This document shows, in pieces, positions 46,123-54,677 of a stretch of DNA of 64,000 bases (the first letter of the stretch is position 1; each line of letters begins with the position of its first letter). The DNA lies in NCBI GenBank assembly GCA_963776545.1, contig CAVZND010000011.1, positions 99,487 to 163,486 of the forward strand, given 5' to 3'. Made by a program: the position numbers and the translations under genes. Below the pieces are notes generated by a model. The model made no database searches and was not told the DNA's origin. It was given only the letters and a program-made list of their open reading frames with translations. This stretch comes from an uncultured Chloroflexia bacterium. GTDB lineage: Bacteria; Chloroflexota; Limnocylindria; Limnocylindrales; CSP1-4.

Positions 46123-46175
46123 CCGCGAACGGCTCCGGAGCCGGTCTAGGAGGCTCCCACTCGACACGTGCCAAC

Positions 46176-46202
46176 GATCCCGCTCCGCCGAGGAGCGGGA
46201 TC
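46176..46202 (+). terminator. 11-bp perfect stem hairpin after the DDN gene
   Basis: GATCCCGCTCC-gccga-GGAGCGGGATC, followed by GTGTCGTCGTCG. Confidence 0.6.
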
Positions 46203-46351
46203 GTGTCGTCGTCGACCCATGGACGACCCTCGTTCACTCGCGATCAGGGACTCGAATGGCCGGTGCGCACCGGTACCGATGGTGCTTGTCGCACCGGTCA
46301 CCGCTTGGGTAGCGTGGCCCTCGCCGTCCATCGCAGGAGTCGATCGCGCCG

Positions 46352-47944
46352 ATGCCACACCCGCGCCGCACCGTGTTCGCCCTCACCCTCGTGCTCGTCA
46401 CGCTCGCGATCGTGCCGCCGGCGAGCGTCGCCGCCGCGGGACGCTTCACGGACGACAACGGATCGCGCTACGAGAAGGCGATCGAGGCGGTCGCCGCCGT
46501 GGGGGTGATGCCCGGCTGCACGACCCGCCACTTCTGCCCCAAGACCGTGGTCACCAAGGGCAAGCTGGCCGTGTACCTCGCTCGCGCGCTCCACCTGAAG
46601 GCGACCGTCAAGATCAAGTTCCGCGACGTCCCGAAGTCGCAGAGGACCGGGGTGAAGAGGGTCGTGGCGGCCGGCATCATGAAGGGCTGCGCCACGACGC
46701 GCTTCTGTCCGAAGACGGCGATCACCCGGGGACGGATGGCCGCCTACCTGGTCAAGGCGTTGCACCTGACGGCCATCGGCAAGGGCAAGTTCAAGGACGT
46801 CCCGAAGCGACACAAGTACGCCAAGGCCATCGATCGTCTCGCGACGGCCGGGCTGGCCGTCACGTGTCGGAAGAGCCACTTCTGTCCGGACCGCAAGATC
46901 ACCCGGGCCGAGACCGCCGCGTTCCTGGCCAAGGTCATGGCACGGACCGTCGTCACCCCGCCGCCCCCACCGCCGGGCAACCCGGGTGGTGGGGCAACGA
47001 TCCCGCCGGAAGCGCAGCCCGTGGATACGACGCATCCCGACCACGTCGTCGGAACGGGCACCCCGGCGAGCTGCACCGGCGCGGCGGTCGCGGCAGCGGT
47101 CGCCCAGGGCGGGATCATCACGTTCGCGTGCGGCCCGAACCCGGTGACGATCCCGATGACCGTGACCGCCAAGGTCTTCAACGACCGGCCCGACGTCGTC
47201 CTCGACGGAGGCGGCCTCGTCACGCTCGACGGACAGGGCGCCCGCCGGATCCTGTACCAGAACACCTGCGACCCGGCGCAGGTCTGGACCACGAGCCACT
47301 GCCAGGACCAGGCCAGCCCGGTCCTGACGGTGCAGCGCCTCGTCTTCGCCAACGGCAAGGCGTCGGGCACGGAGACGATGGACGGCGGCGGGGCGATCTT
47401 CGTCCGCGGGGGGCGGTTCCGGGTGATCGACAGCCAGTTCTACGGCAACCGCTGCGCCCCGACCGGGCCGGATGTCGGCGGCGCCGCGATCCAGGTCTTC
47501 TCGCAGTACCAGGGCCTCCCGGTCTATGTCGTCCGGAGCACCTTCGGTGGGGCTGGAGCCCTGCGCAACGAATGCTCGAATGGCGGCGCCATCTCGAGCA
47601 TCGGCGTCTCCTGGACGATCCTCGACAGCCGGTTCGAGGGCAACAACGCGATCGGCACCGGCGCCAATCCGGCGAAGGCCGGGACGCCGGGCGGCGGCAA
47701 CGGCGGGGCCATCTACAACGACGGCAACGAGATGCTCCTGCACGTGGAAGGCACAGTCATCGAGGGCAACACCTCGAACCACGAGGGCGGGAGCGCGATC
47801 TTCTTCGTGAGCAACAACCGGTCGGGCTCGGTCGAGATCGTCGACTCGACCCTTCGCAACAACACCGGCGACGGCTTCTCGACCCACCCGGGAATCTTCT
47901 TCCTGGGCGACTCGATCACGTTCGTCAACTCGACGGTGGAGTAG
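46352..47944 (+). CDS. secreted surface protein: three SLH-like repeats, poly-Pro linker, right-handed beta-helix (pectin-lyase-fold-like) domain
   Basis: Signal peptide. Three ~55-aa repeats (F[TRK]D[DV]...GCxTxxFCPKTxxTRGxxAxYLxxAL). PPPPPPGNPGGG linker. Repeated GGAI(F/Q/S/Y) turns. Confidence 0.85.
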   Translation: MPHPRRTVFALTLVLVTLAIVPPASVAAAGRFTDDNGSRYEKAIEAVAAVGVMPGCTTRHFCPKTVVTKGKLAVYLARALHLKATVKIKFRDVPKSQRTGVKRVVAAGIMKGCATTRFCPKTAITRGRMAAYLVKALHLTAIGKGKFKDVPKRHKYAKAIDRLATAGLAVTCRKSHFCPDRKITRAETAAFLAKVMARTVVTPPPPPPGNPGGGATIPPEAQPVDTTHPDHVVGTGTPASCTGAAVAAAVAQGGIITFACGPNPVTIPMTVTAKVFNDRPDVVLDGGGLVTLDGQGARRILYQNTCDPAQVWTTSHCQDQASPVLTVQRLVFANGKASGTETMDGGGAIFVRGGRFRVIDSQFYGNRCAPTGPDVGGAAIQVFSQYQGLPVYVVRSTFGGAGALRNECSNGGAISSIGVSWTILDSRFEGNNAIGTGANPAKAGTPGGGNGGAIYNDGNEMLLHVEGTVIEGNTSNHEGGSAIFFVSNNRSGSVEIVDSTLRNNTGDGFSTHPGIFFLGDSITFVNSTVE

Positions 47945-48007
47945 CTCCCGTGATCAGGAAGCGAGCAAGGCCTCGGGGCCGCACCACGCGAACCCCGACG
48001 TGACGTC

Positions 48008-48298
48008 CTACATCGCCAGTGCCTCGTACAGGCGGACACCCGAGACATACGGGCAGTCCGCGAGCAGGGCCTCCGCTTCCTCGCGGCTGGCGGCTGAGAT
48101 GATCGAATAGCCGGTCGCGGCGACATCGGTCGGTGACAGCTCGCGCGTGCCCGAGCGCGTGACCTCCACGCCGCCGCGCAGCGGCGTGCCGCTGTCCACG
48201 AACCGATCCCCGACACTCGCAAACCACGCCTGCCAGGCGTCCATGACCTCTTGCTTCGGCTCCCACTGGTCGTGGAAGAGCACCAGGTACTTGTTCAT
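48008..48298 (-). CDS. small alpha/beta-barrel-like protein (YCII-related?)
   Basis: ATG 48298 (MNKYLVLFHDQWEP...) overlaps the arsR-type gene stop (ATGA). Only the C-terminal 96 aa of listed ORF 48008..48706 is in this gene. Confidence 0.7.
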   Translation of the reverse strand: MNKYLVLFHDQWEPKQEVMDAWQAWFASVGDRFVDSGTPLRGGVEVTRSGTRELSPTDVAATGYSIISAASREEAEALLADCPYVSGVRLYEALAM

Positions 48299-48642
48299 GT
48301 CTCCTCCTCTGCATTGGTCGGGTCGCTTGCCAGGAAGCGCTCGTAGTTCTCGAGGGTCTCCTTCTCGGTCCCCCAGTAAGCGTGGAACTGGAAGAGCCAC
48401 GCCTGCACGTCGCGGATCGCCCCCCGGTCGAGCGTCAGGAACGTGGTCCGACCCAGCTTCCGGCGCGCGACGAGTCCGGCGGACTCGAGAATCCCGACAT
48501 GCTTGTTCATCGCCGGCAGCGACAGTCCGACGTCGCTGGCGAGCCGGCTGATCGAGGATGGCTGGAGCCCCAGCTGATACACCATCTGGCGCCGGTTCCG
48601 ATTCGCGAGGGCCGCGAACCGGCGGTCCAGATCGTCGGGCAC
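48295..48642 (-). CDS. ArsR/SmtB family transcriptional regulator
   Basis: FAALANRNRRQMVYQLGLQPSSISRLASDVGLSLPAMNKHVGILESAGLV wHTH. GTG 48642 after GGAGG. Confidence 0.88.
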   Translation of the reverse strand: MPDDLDRRFAALANRNRRQMVYQLGLQPSSISRLASDVGLSLPAMNKHVGILESAGLVARRKLGRTTFLTLDRGAIRDVQAWLFQFHAYWGTEKETLENYERFLASDPTNAEEET

Positions 48643-48661
48643 CTCGGATCGACCTCCAATA

Positions 48662-48679
48662 GTTCACCGATCGGTGAAC
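48662..48679. promoter_or_regulatory. perfect 18-bp palindrome GTTCACCGATCGGTGAAC, candidate ArsR-family operator
   Basis: Perfect palindrome 20-37 bp upstream of the regulator start. Confidence 0.5.
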
Positions 48680-48712
48680 CTTAGGAGATCGGGCGTGCGG
48701 CGTCAACTCCTC

Positions 48713-49000
48713 CTACGGCAGGCCGACGACGATGTCCTGCGTCTCGGGGTGCCGTTCGACATACGCCCGGACATACGGGCAGGCCGCGATCACTCGCAAG
48801 CCGCGCCGCCGGGCGTCGTCGAGCGCGAATTGAACCAGCCGCTCGCCGATCCCCTGCCCCTGGTGGGCGGGCAGCACCTCGGTGTGGACGAGCGCGATCC
48901 GGTCCGACTTCACGACATAGTCGATGAATCCAGCGAGTGCGTCATCCTGGATCGCTTCGTACCGCTGGACGTCCTCGGCATCGACGATCCTCGGTCCCAT
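48713..49000 (-). CDS. GNAT family N-acetyltransferase (short YjdJ-like type)
   Basis: LVHTEVLPAHQGQGIGERLVQFALDDARRRGLRVIAACPYVRAYVERHPE. ATG 49000 chosen; ATG 49024 is an alternative. Confidence 0.75.
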   Translation of the reverse strand: MGPRIVDAEDVQRYEAIQDDALAGFIDYVVKSDRIALVHTEVLPAHQGQGIGERLVQFALDDARRRGLRVIAACPYVRAYVERHPETQDIVVGLP

Positions 49001-49040
49001 CGCTTCCGATGGTAATGGCGGCATATGCTTCGGCGATCCC

Positions 49041-49664
49041 ATGGACACGACCGCCCTCGTCATCCGCCTGCTCGATGTCATCGAAACCGACATCGCTGGG
49101 AAGACCCGTCAGGGAGTGGCGGGCGGAAACAAGCTGTTCGGGGCGGCGATCCTGCGCAAGTCGGACCTGTCCGTGGTGGTCGCGGAGACCAACAACGAGA
49201 CCGAGAATCCGCTCTGGCACGGCGAGATCCACGCCATCAAGCGCTTCTACGAACTGCCCGTCGACCAGCGTCCCGCGACCAGGGACTGCCTCTTCCTTGC
49301 CACGCACGAGCCCTGCTCGCTTTGCCTATCGGGCATCACCTGGACCGGGTTCGACAACTTCTACTACCTCTTCAGCTACGCGGACACCCGCGACAGCTTC
49401 GGCATCCCGCACGACATCGCCATCCTCCGGGAGGTCTTCGCCGTGGCGGACCCTGGAACCGGATCGGTCCCGCCCGATCGCCCGCTCTACAACCGGGTGA
49501 ACGAGTTCTGGCACAGCCACGACATCAGGCAGATGATCGCCAGCCTCGACCGGGATGATCGCGAGCCGCTGTTCTCGCGCCTCGAACGCATCAGCGACTT
49601 CTACAACGACGTCTCCGCGACGTACCAGCGGGACAAGGGCTCTAAGGGCATCCCGCTGGCCTGA
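49041..49664 (+). CDS. nucleoside/nucleotide deaminase (CDA-fold zinc deaminase)
   Basis: HGEIHAI (HxE) and PCSLCLSGI (PCxxC) zinc motifs. ATG 49041. Confidence 0.85.
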   Translation: MDTTALVIRLLDVIETDIAGKTRQGVAGGNKLFGAAILRKSDLSVVVAETNNETENPLWHGEIHAIKRFYELPVDQRPATRDCLFLATHEPCSLCLSGITWTGFDNFYYLFSYADTRDSFGIPHDIAILREVFAVADPGTGSVPPDRPLYNRVNEFWHSHDIRQMIASLDRDDREPLFSRLERISDFYNDVSATYQRDKGSKGIPLA

Positions 49665-49696
49665 GGCTCGCCGCCCCGGCCTGGCTTCTGCCGAAG

Positions 49697-50722
49697 TCAG
49701 CCGTTCGTGAACAGGCTGGCGTAGGCGTTGAGCGCCGGCTGTCCGCCGAGGTGCGCGTAGAGGACGTTCGAATCCTTGGCGATCTCGCCGCGCGCGACCA
49801 TATCGACAAGGCCGGCCATCGACTTCCCCTCGTAGACCGGGTCCGTGATCATGCCCTCGAGGCGCGCGGCAAGGCGCATCGCCTCGAGCGTGGCCTCGTC
49901 CGGGATGCCGTACACGCCGGCGTGATAGCGGTCGTCCAGGACGATCTCGTCCTCGCGCAGGTCTCGACCAAGGCCGATGGCGGCGGCCGTCCGTCGCGCG
50001 ATCCGCGCGACCTGGTCACGCGTCTGGGCCGGAGTCGCGGAACCGTCCACGCCGACCACGCGCCGCGACCGGCCGCCCGCGTCCTCCAGGATGGCGAACC
50101 CGGCGATCATCCCGGCCTGCGTCGAGCCCGTGACGGAGCACACGACGATGGTGTCGAAGAAGACATCCAGCTCGCGCTCCTGATCCGCGACCTCCATCGC
50201 CCAGCCGGCGAAGCCGTGGCCGCCGAGCGGATGGTCAGAGGCGCCGGCCGGGATCGCGTAGGGCTTGCCGCCGGCCGCGGTCACGTCCGCGAGCGCCTGC
50301 TCCCAGCTCGCCTTGAACCCGATGCCGAAGCCCGCCGGGTCGAGGTGGACATCCGCGCCCATGAGCCGGCTCATCAGGATGTTGCCCGTGCGGTCGTACG
50401 TGACGTCCGGCCACTCCACCCAGTGCTCCTGGACGAGAACGCACTTGAGGCCCGCGTGCGCAGCAACGGCGGCGACCTGGCGCGTGTGGTTGGATTGGAC
50501 GCCGCCGATGGACACGAGGGTATCGCAGCCCTGGGCGAGCGCGTCCGCGAGGAGGTACTCCAGCTTTCGCACCTTGTTGCCGCCGAAGGCGAGGCCGCTG
50601 TTGCAGTCCTCGCGCTTGGCCCACAGGGTCGCGCCGCGGAGGTGCGTCGTGAGGCGGTCCAGCCGCTGGATGGGCGACGGGCCGAACAGGAGCGGCGTCC
50701 GAGGGAACTCGGCGAGCGACAT
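49697..50722 (-). CDS. acdS: 1-aminocyclopropane-1-carboxylate deaminase
   Basis: Near-collinear with canonical AcdS: [85 protein letters not shown] 50722. Confidence 0.9.
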   Translation of the reverse strand: MSLAEFPRTPLLFGPSPIQRLDRLTTHLRGATLWAKREDCNSGLAFGGNKVRKLEYLLADALAQGCDTLVSIGGVQSNHTRQVAAVAAHAGLKCVLVQEHWVEWPDVTYDRTGNILMSRLMGADVHLDPAGFGIGFKASWEQALADVTAAGGKPYAIPAGASDHPLGGHGFAGWAMEVADQERELDVFFDTIVVCSVTGSTQAGMIAGFAILEDAGGRSRRVVGVDGSATPAQTRDQVARIARRTAAAIGLGRDLREDEIVLDDRYHAGVYGIPDEATLEAMRLAARLEGMITDPVYEGKSMAGLVDMVARGEIAKDSNVLYAHLGGQPALNAYASLFTNG

Positions 50723-50852
50723 GGGCAGGCTCCGACGGTCGTAAGGCCTAGGATGGACGGCCACCTACGGTAGGCGGTGGGGTGGGCTCACACAAGCGCG
50801 CGCCGATCGTCCGCGCGTACCCTGACGTCCGACATCCACGCAGAGGGGACCC

Positions 50853-51461
50853 GTGAGCGAAAGCGCGCTGGCCGCAGCAAGGACCGCGTTCGATCGCATC
50901 CTGGTCGAGCCCACGCCGGCGGACCTGTGGCAGCTCCAGAAGGCGCTCCTCGTGATCGGTGGCGAGCCCGCGGCGAAAGCGCGCGCCGTCGCACGCGCCT
51001 TCCACGGTTGCCTCCGAAACCTCGAGAGCAAGTCTGCGTCGCGCGAGGCCAGCCGCTGGGGCGCCGTACTCGGGACCGCGGCCGTCGGCGCAGTCAGCCT
51101 CGGCGAGATGGGCCAGCAAGAGGACGCCCTGCACCGCCTGCTGCAGAGCGGCGTGCCGGCGATGCTCGAGATCGGCGCCGCCGTGAAATCGGCCCAGGCC
51201 TGGGAAGTCGAGGCCGGGCTGCTCTATGACGACCTGGCATGGTTCCTAAATGACGAGCTCTGGGAGGTCTCGGCGATCGCCCGGCCCGACCTTTCCCCCG
51301 CCGAGCGCGGCGATCAGATCGACCTGCTCCTCGACCCGTTGCTCGACGCCGCGGTGTCCGACGGCGAACGGGCGATCCTTGTGGTGAATGTCTTCCGGGC
51401 GGTGCTCGCCGCGCGCATGGCGCCACTGGTCACTGGGCCTGTGCGATCGACGTTTGAGTAG
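50853..51461 (+). CDS. hypothetical protein
   Basis: GTG after GAGGGGA. Good GC3, helical-looking composition, no motif recognised. Confidence 0.65.
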   Translation: MSESALAAARTAFDRILVEPTPADLWQLQKALLVIGGEPAAKARAVARAFHGCLRNLESKSASREASRWGAVLGTAAVGAVSLGEMGQQEDALHRLLQSGVPAMLEIGAAVKSAQAWEVEAGLLYDDLAWFLNDELWEVSAIARPDLSPAERGDQIDLLLDPLLDAAVSDGERAILVVNVFRAVLAARMAPLVTGPVRSTFE

Positions 51462-51524
51462 ATCCCAGCGCGGCGGCCACAGCCGAGCTGTCGATGGGTC
51501 AGTTTGGTCGGGTGCCGGCGTATG

Positions 51525-52013
51525 TCACGCTAAGGGCCGCGGCTCGAGGATGACGACCGCGGTTTCCCGCGGTCGGCGCGCTGCCCAGCTCGCGAGCGCC
51601 TCCTCGCCGTCGTACTCGGCCCAGCGCGCCCACAGGCGGGGCCGCTCCTCCGGTGTGGCCGCACGGCCACGGACCTCGCGCGGGCCGTCGGTCAGCTCGA
51701 CCATGGTGTCGGGGTTCGCCTGGAGATTGAGCCACCACGCCGGCTCCGCTTCGCCCCAGCCGTTCATGGCCATCGTGACCAGGTTCGGACCGTCCTCGAA
51801 GTAGCCGAGGATGGCGTGCCGCTCGATGCCCGAGCGGCGGCCGAACGTCTTGAGCCGCATCATCCCCCACTGCTCGGGCGTCTGGCGGCGGAGGCCCATT
51901 CGGCCGCGCGTGAGGGCGTAGATCGCCCGATGGATCGTCCAGGCGGTTCGGATGACCCAGCGCGGTGGGAGGGGTGCCAGGCGACCGTGATCAGTGGTGG
52001 TCGGAGTGGTCAT
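51525..52013 (-). CDS. nitroreductase/deazaflavin (F420)-dependent oxidoreductase family protein, paralog of 45655..46122
   Basis: RTAWTIHRAIYALTRGRMGL...EDGPNLVTMAMNGWGEAEPAWWLNLQANPDTMVEL. Confidence 0.85.
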   Translation of the reverse strand: MTTPTTTDHGRLAPLPPRWVIRTAWTIHRAIYALTRGRMGLRRQTPEQWGMMRLKTFGRRSGIERHAILGYFEDGPNLVTMAMNGWGEAEPAWWLNLQANPDTMVELTDGPREVRGRAATPEERPRLWARWAEYDGEEALASWAARRPRETAVVILEPRPLA

Positions 52014-52243
52014 GGAGTGCCTCCTTCGAGTGACTCGTATCGAAAGACGTCGTCGAGCGTCACGTCGAATGCGTGGGCGATCTGGAACGCCATCTCCAGG
52101 GATGGCGAGTAGCGACCCTGCTCGATGGCGATGATCGTCTGGCGCGTGACCCCGATCCGCTGGGCGAGCTCGGCCTGCGTCATCTCGCCGTGCTCGAACC
52201 GCAACCGCCGGATCTGATTGCTGACCTTCGTGGGCTTGCCCAT
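52010..52243 (-). CDS. XRE family (YozG-like) helix-turn-helix transcriptional regulator
   Basis: IRRLRFEHGEMTQAELAQRIGVTRQTIIAIEQGRYSPSLEMAFQIAHAF. ATG 52243. Confidence 0.88.
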   Translation of the reverse strand: MGKPTKVSNQIRRLRFEHGEMTQAELAQRIGVTRQTIIAIEQGRYSPSLEMAFQIAHAFDVTLDDVFRYESLEGGTP

Positions 52244-52247
52244 CGGC

Positions 52248-52691
52248 CTAGAAACCTCGTCGATACGCGACGAGCTTGACGGCCGCCCCGACGAGCGCCG
52301 ACAGGACGAACGCCAGGTACATCGCATTCGCGATCCAGAAGTAGTCGAACTCTGCCAACGTCAGGACGAACGGCACGACCATGCCGACACCGAGCAGAGT
52401 CCCAGCGAAGTACTCGCCGAAGCGGCCGATGTCGCGGTCGCGGACGTCCGCCTCATGGCTTTCAGCGTGACCCGCCATCTCGGCCGAGATGCCGCCGACG
52501 ATCTCGACCACGATGCGACCGACGATGGCGAGTGCGATGCCGATGCCGATCGACCACAGCATCGTCGGCACGTAGTCGATGTCAGCCGGCGCGGTCTTAC
52601 CGAGCTCCCCGAGGGTGATGACGAGGTACGCGGCGTACGTGACCACGATGACGACGAGGTAGACCCATTGGCCCCTCTCCTCGCTGGACAT
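52248..52691 (-). CDS. DUF2178-like membrane protein (usual partner of YozG-type regulators)
   Basis: 4 TM helices, first gene of the operon. GGAG lies 8 nt before ATG 52691. Confidence 0.8.
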   Translation of the reverse strand: MSSEERGQWVYLVVIVVTYAAYLVITLGELGKTAPADIDYVPTMLWSIGIGIALAIVGRIVVEIVGGISAEMAGHAESHEADVRDRDIGRFGEYFAGTLLGVGMVVPFVLTLAEFDYFWIANAMYLAFVLSALVGAAVKLVAYRRGF

Positions 52692-52704
52692 GGATCCGCT
52701 CCGA

Positions 52705-52769
52705 TGTAAAGAGTGCTTGACATCGGCGAATGTACGGTGTGCCTGACATCATGTCAAGGGTGATTTACA
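52705..52769 (-). promoter_or_regulatory. promoter (TTGACA-17-TACATT) with nested inverted repeats for the DUF2178/XRE operon
   Basis: Minus strand: -35 TTGACA (52752-52757) and -10 TACATT (52729-52734). The 13-bp palindrome TGACATcATGTCA (52744-52756) overlaps the -35. An outer inverted pair TGTAAA-N6-TTGACAT lies at 52705-52723 and 52751-52769. Confidence 0.5.
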
Positions 52770-52877
52770 CGCCCGAGGTGAATCCGCCTAACGAATCGGC
52801 GAATGCACGGGGGGCTACACCGAGGGCTACCCAGGCGTCAGCGTGGGATAGTGCCTGGTAGCACACGGAGGTTCTCC

Positions 52878-53270
52878 ATGCAGACCCGCCCGTTCCCCGT
52901 CACCCCCGATGCCCGCTCCCCTGCAGGGGCCGAGATCCGGTATCTGATCGAGGGCGAGACCGGCAACATGATCCACTCCACCGTCCCGCCAGGTCAGGTG
53001 AATCGGGCGACCGTCCACGCCACGGTGAGCGAGTTCTGGCATGTGCTCTCGGGCGAGGGGCAGATCTGGCGACGAGACGCCACTGGTGAGGAGACGACCG
53101 TTCTGGGGAGAGGCGTTTCCATCGACATTCCCGTTGGGACCGCATTCCAGTATCGCTGCACCGGTGTCGACCCGCTCGAGTTCCTCTGCATCTCGATGCC
53201 GCGCTGGCCCGGCGACAGGGAGGCGACGGTCATCGAGGGGCCCTGGAAGCCGACTGCTCCCGAAGGCTGA
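52878..53270 (+). CDS. cupin domain-containing protein
   Basis: ATG 52878 after GGAGG. Cupin-like beta-barrel pattern (HATVSEFWHVLSGEGQIW...IPVGTAFQYR). Confidence 0.8.
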   Translation: MQTRPFPVTPDARSPAGAEIRYLIEGETGNMIHSTVPPGQVNRATVHATVSEFWHVLSGEGQIWRRDATGEETTVLGRGVSIDIPVGTAFQYRCTGVDPLEFLCISMPRWPGDREATVIEGPWKPTAPEG

Positions 53271-53337
53271 CGACAGGCGTCACGCGGCGCGGGTACGCAT
53301 CGACCTTGATGGACGTCCACGATCCCCGACTTCGGGC

Positions 53338-53721
53338 TCAGGCAGGGCCAGCCCGGCGCAGGCGCTCGAGCTCGCGCCGGAGGCGCTTGCTCGGCCGACC
53401 CTCCCCGCGTACTGGCGAGATCTCAGGCCCGGTCTGCCGCACCACCGGCGGACTATGGTCCACGTAGCAGGTCGCGGCGACGGGAGCCCCGACACGCGAC
53501 TCGATCGGCCGCACGACCTCGACGAAGCGCTGGCGATCGGCGATGAACGCCTCCACCCGATCGCCCGCGCGAATCTTCGTCGACGGCTTCGCCGGCGATC
53601 CATTCACGACGACGTGGCCGCCCTCGCACAACCGGGTCGCAAGCGGGCGGGTCTTCACGAGGCGCACCGCGCACAGCCAGCGATCGATGCGCGTCTCGTC
53701 GGTCGCCAGGGGATCCGTCAC
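53338..53721 (-). CDS. RNA-binding S4 domain protein (Hsp15-like)
   Basis: RIDRWLCAVRLVKTRPLATRLCEGGHVVVNGSPAKPSTKIRAGDRV S4 motif. Confidence 0.85.
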   Translation of the reverse strand: MTDPLATDETRIDRWLCAVRLVKTRPLATRLCEGGHVVVNGSPAKPSTKIRAGDRVEAFIADRQRFVEVVRPIESRVGAPVAATCYVDHSPPVVRQTGPEISPVRGEGRPSKRLRRELERLRRAGPA

Positions 53722-53851
53722 GCGTTACAGGATGGCAGGGCTCAGAAGCGTCGCGACGATCGGTGCCGCCGGCCCGCGTTTGCTGACATCGTCGAGGTCT
53801 CGCCGATCGTTCGTCTGGGCTACTCCATGCGGCCGCCGCCGAACTCCTGCG

Positions 53852-54199
53852 TCAGCCTCGGCCGAGCACCACGTCGATGCCGGCAAGGATGAGTTCGAGG
53901 TTCGACGCCGAGAGGCGGCCAGTCCGCTCCGAGAGCGCGTCGCGGTCGAGCGTCACCAGTTGGGACACGTTGGCGACGGACGGCTTCGGGAGGCCCGTGG
54001 CGCGGGCGGGCAGGAGCACGTTGCCAGGTGCCCCTGCCCATTTCGCATTGCTCGTGAGCACGACGCAGACGACGGTTCGCAACGAGCTCGCGTTAAAGGC
54101 GTCGCCCTGGACCACGGCAACCGGTCGCCGGAAGCCGGGCTCCGAGCCGGCGGGCTCGGCGAGATCGGCCCACCAGACCTCGCCCTGGGCGATCACCAC
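53852..54199 (-). CDS. mazF: type II toxin, PemK/MazF family endoribonuclease
   Basis: GEVWWADLAEPAGSEPGFRRPVAVVQGDAFN...VVCVVLTSN...VANVSQLVTLD. Confidence 0.9.
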   Translation of the reverse strand: MVIAQGEVWWADLAEPAGSEPGFRRPVAVVQGDAFNASSLRTVVCVVLTSNAKWAGAPGNVLLPARATGLPKPSVANVSQLVTLDRDALSERTGRLSASNLELILAGIDVVLGRG

Positions 54200-54432
54200 T
54201 CGCCAGCCTCGAGCGTTCGTCCGGCGGCGCGAGCTGCAAAGTCGCGCGCACCGGCGTCGCCCGCCTCGGCCACGACGGCGTCGAGCCGCGCCGTCACCTC
54301 GTCTGGGGCGTGCCGGGCAACGTACTCGCGGAGCGCGGCGCTGTACACCTCGCTCCTGGAACGGCGTGAGCGACGGGCGAGGCGGTCCACCTGGGCGAAG
54401 AGGTCGTCGGGGACGGACACGGCAGTCTTCAT
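54193..54432 (-). CDS. ribbon-helix-helix (CopG-type) antitoxin
   Basis: MKTAVSVPDDLFAQVDRLARRSRRSRSEVYSAALREY. Overlaps the toxin start by 7 nt. Confidence 0.85.
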   Translation of the reverse strand: MKTAVSVPDDLFAQVDRLARRSRRSRSEVYSAALREYVARHAPDEVTARLDAVVAEAGDAGARDFAARAAGRTLEAGEW

Positions 54433-54438
54433 ACCCGG

Positions 54439-54444
54439 AGTATA
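54439..54444 (-). promoter_or_regulatory. -10 box TATACT 6 nt upstream of the antitoxin ATG (leaderless transcript candidate)
   Basis: Minus strand ...GAGTTATACTccgggtATG. The small palindrome GAGTataACTC overlaps it. Confidence 0.35.
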
Positions 54445-54677
54445 ACTCTATGGAGTCGCCGCGCAGGGCACGCCGGCGTCATCCGCGTGCGACGCCCCCA
54501 TCTCGACGAGCTGCGAGCGCCGAGCCCCTGGCCCTAGCGCGCTGTCCGTGTCCCGACGGTCATCAGATACCGGTGCGGCCCCCCGGCCGTACGCCAAAAG
54601 GACGCCCATCATGGGGGGCCGAGCTTCACCCGCCGCACCGGGTCGGGGGCGAGGATCTCGAGGCCGCTCGCAATGCC

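Noticed and set aside
46168-48003. 611-aa plus ORF and 529-aa minus ORF overlapping the SLH / beta-helix gene
   Set aside because: Arg/Gly/Pro-rich alternative-frame translations. Frame 46352..47944 has a signal peptide, regular SLH-like repeats and beta-helix turns.
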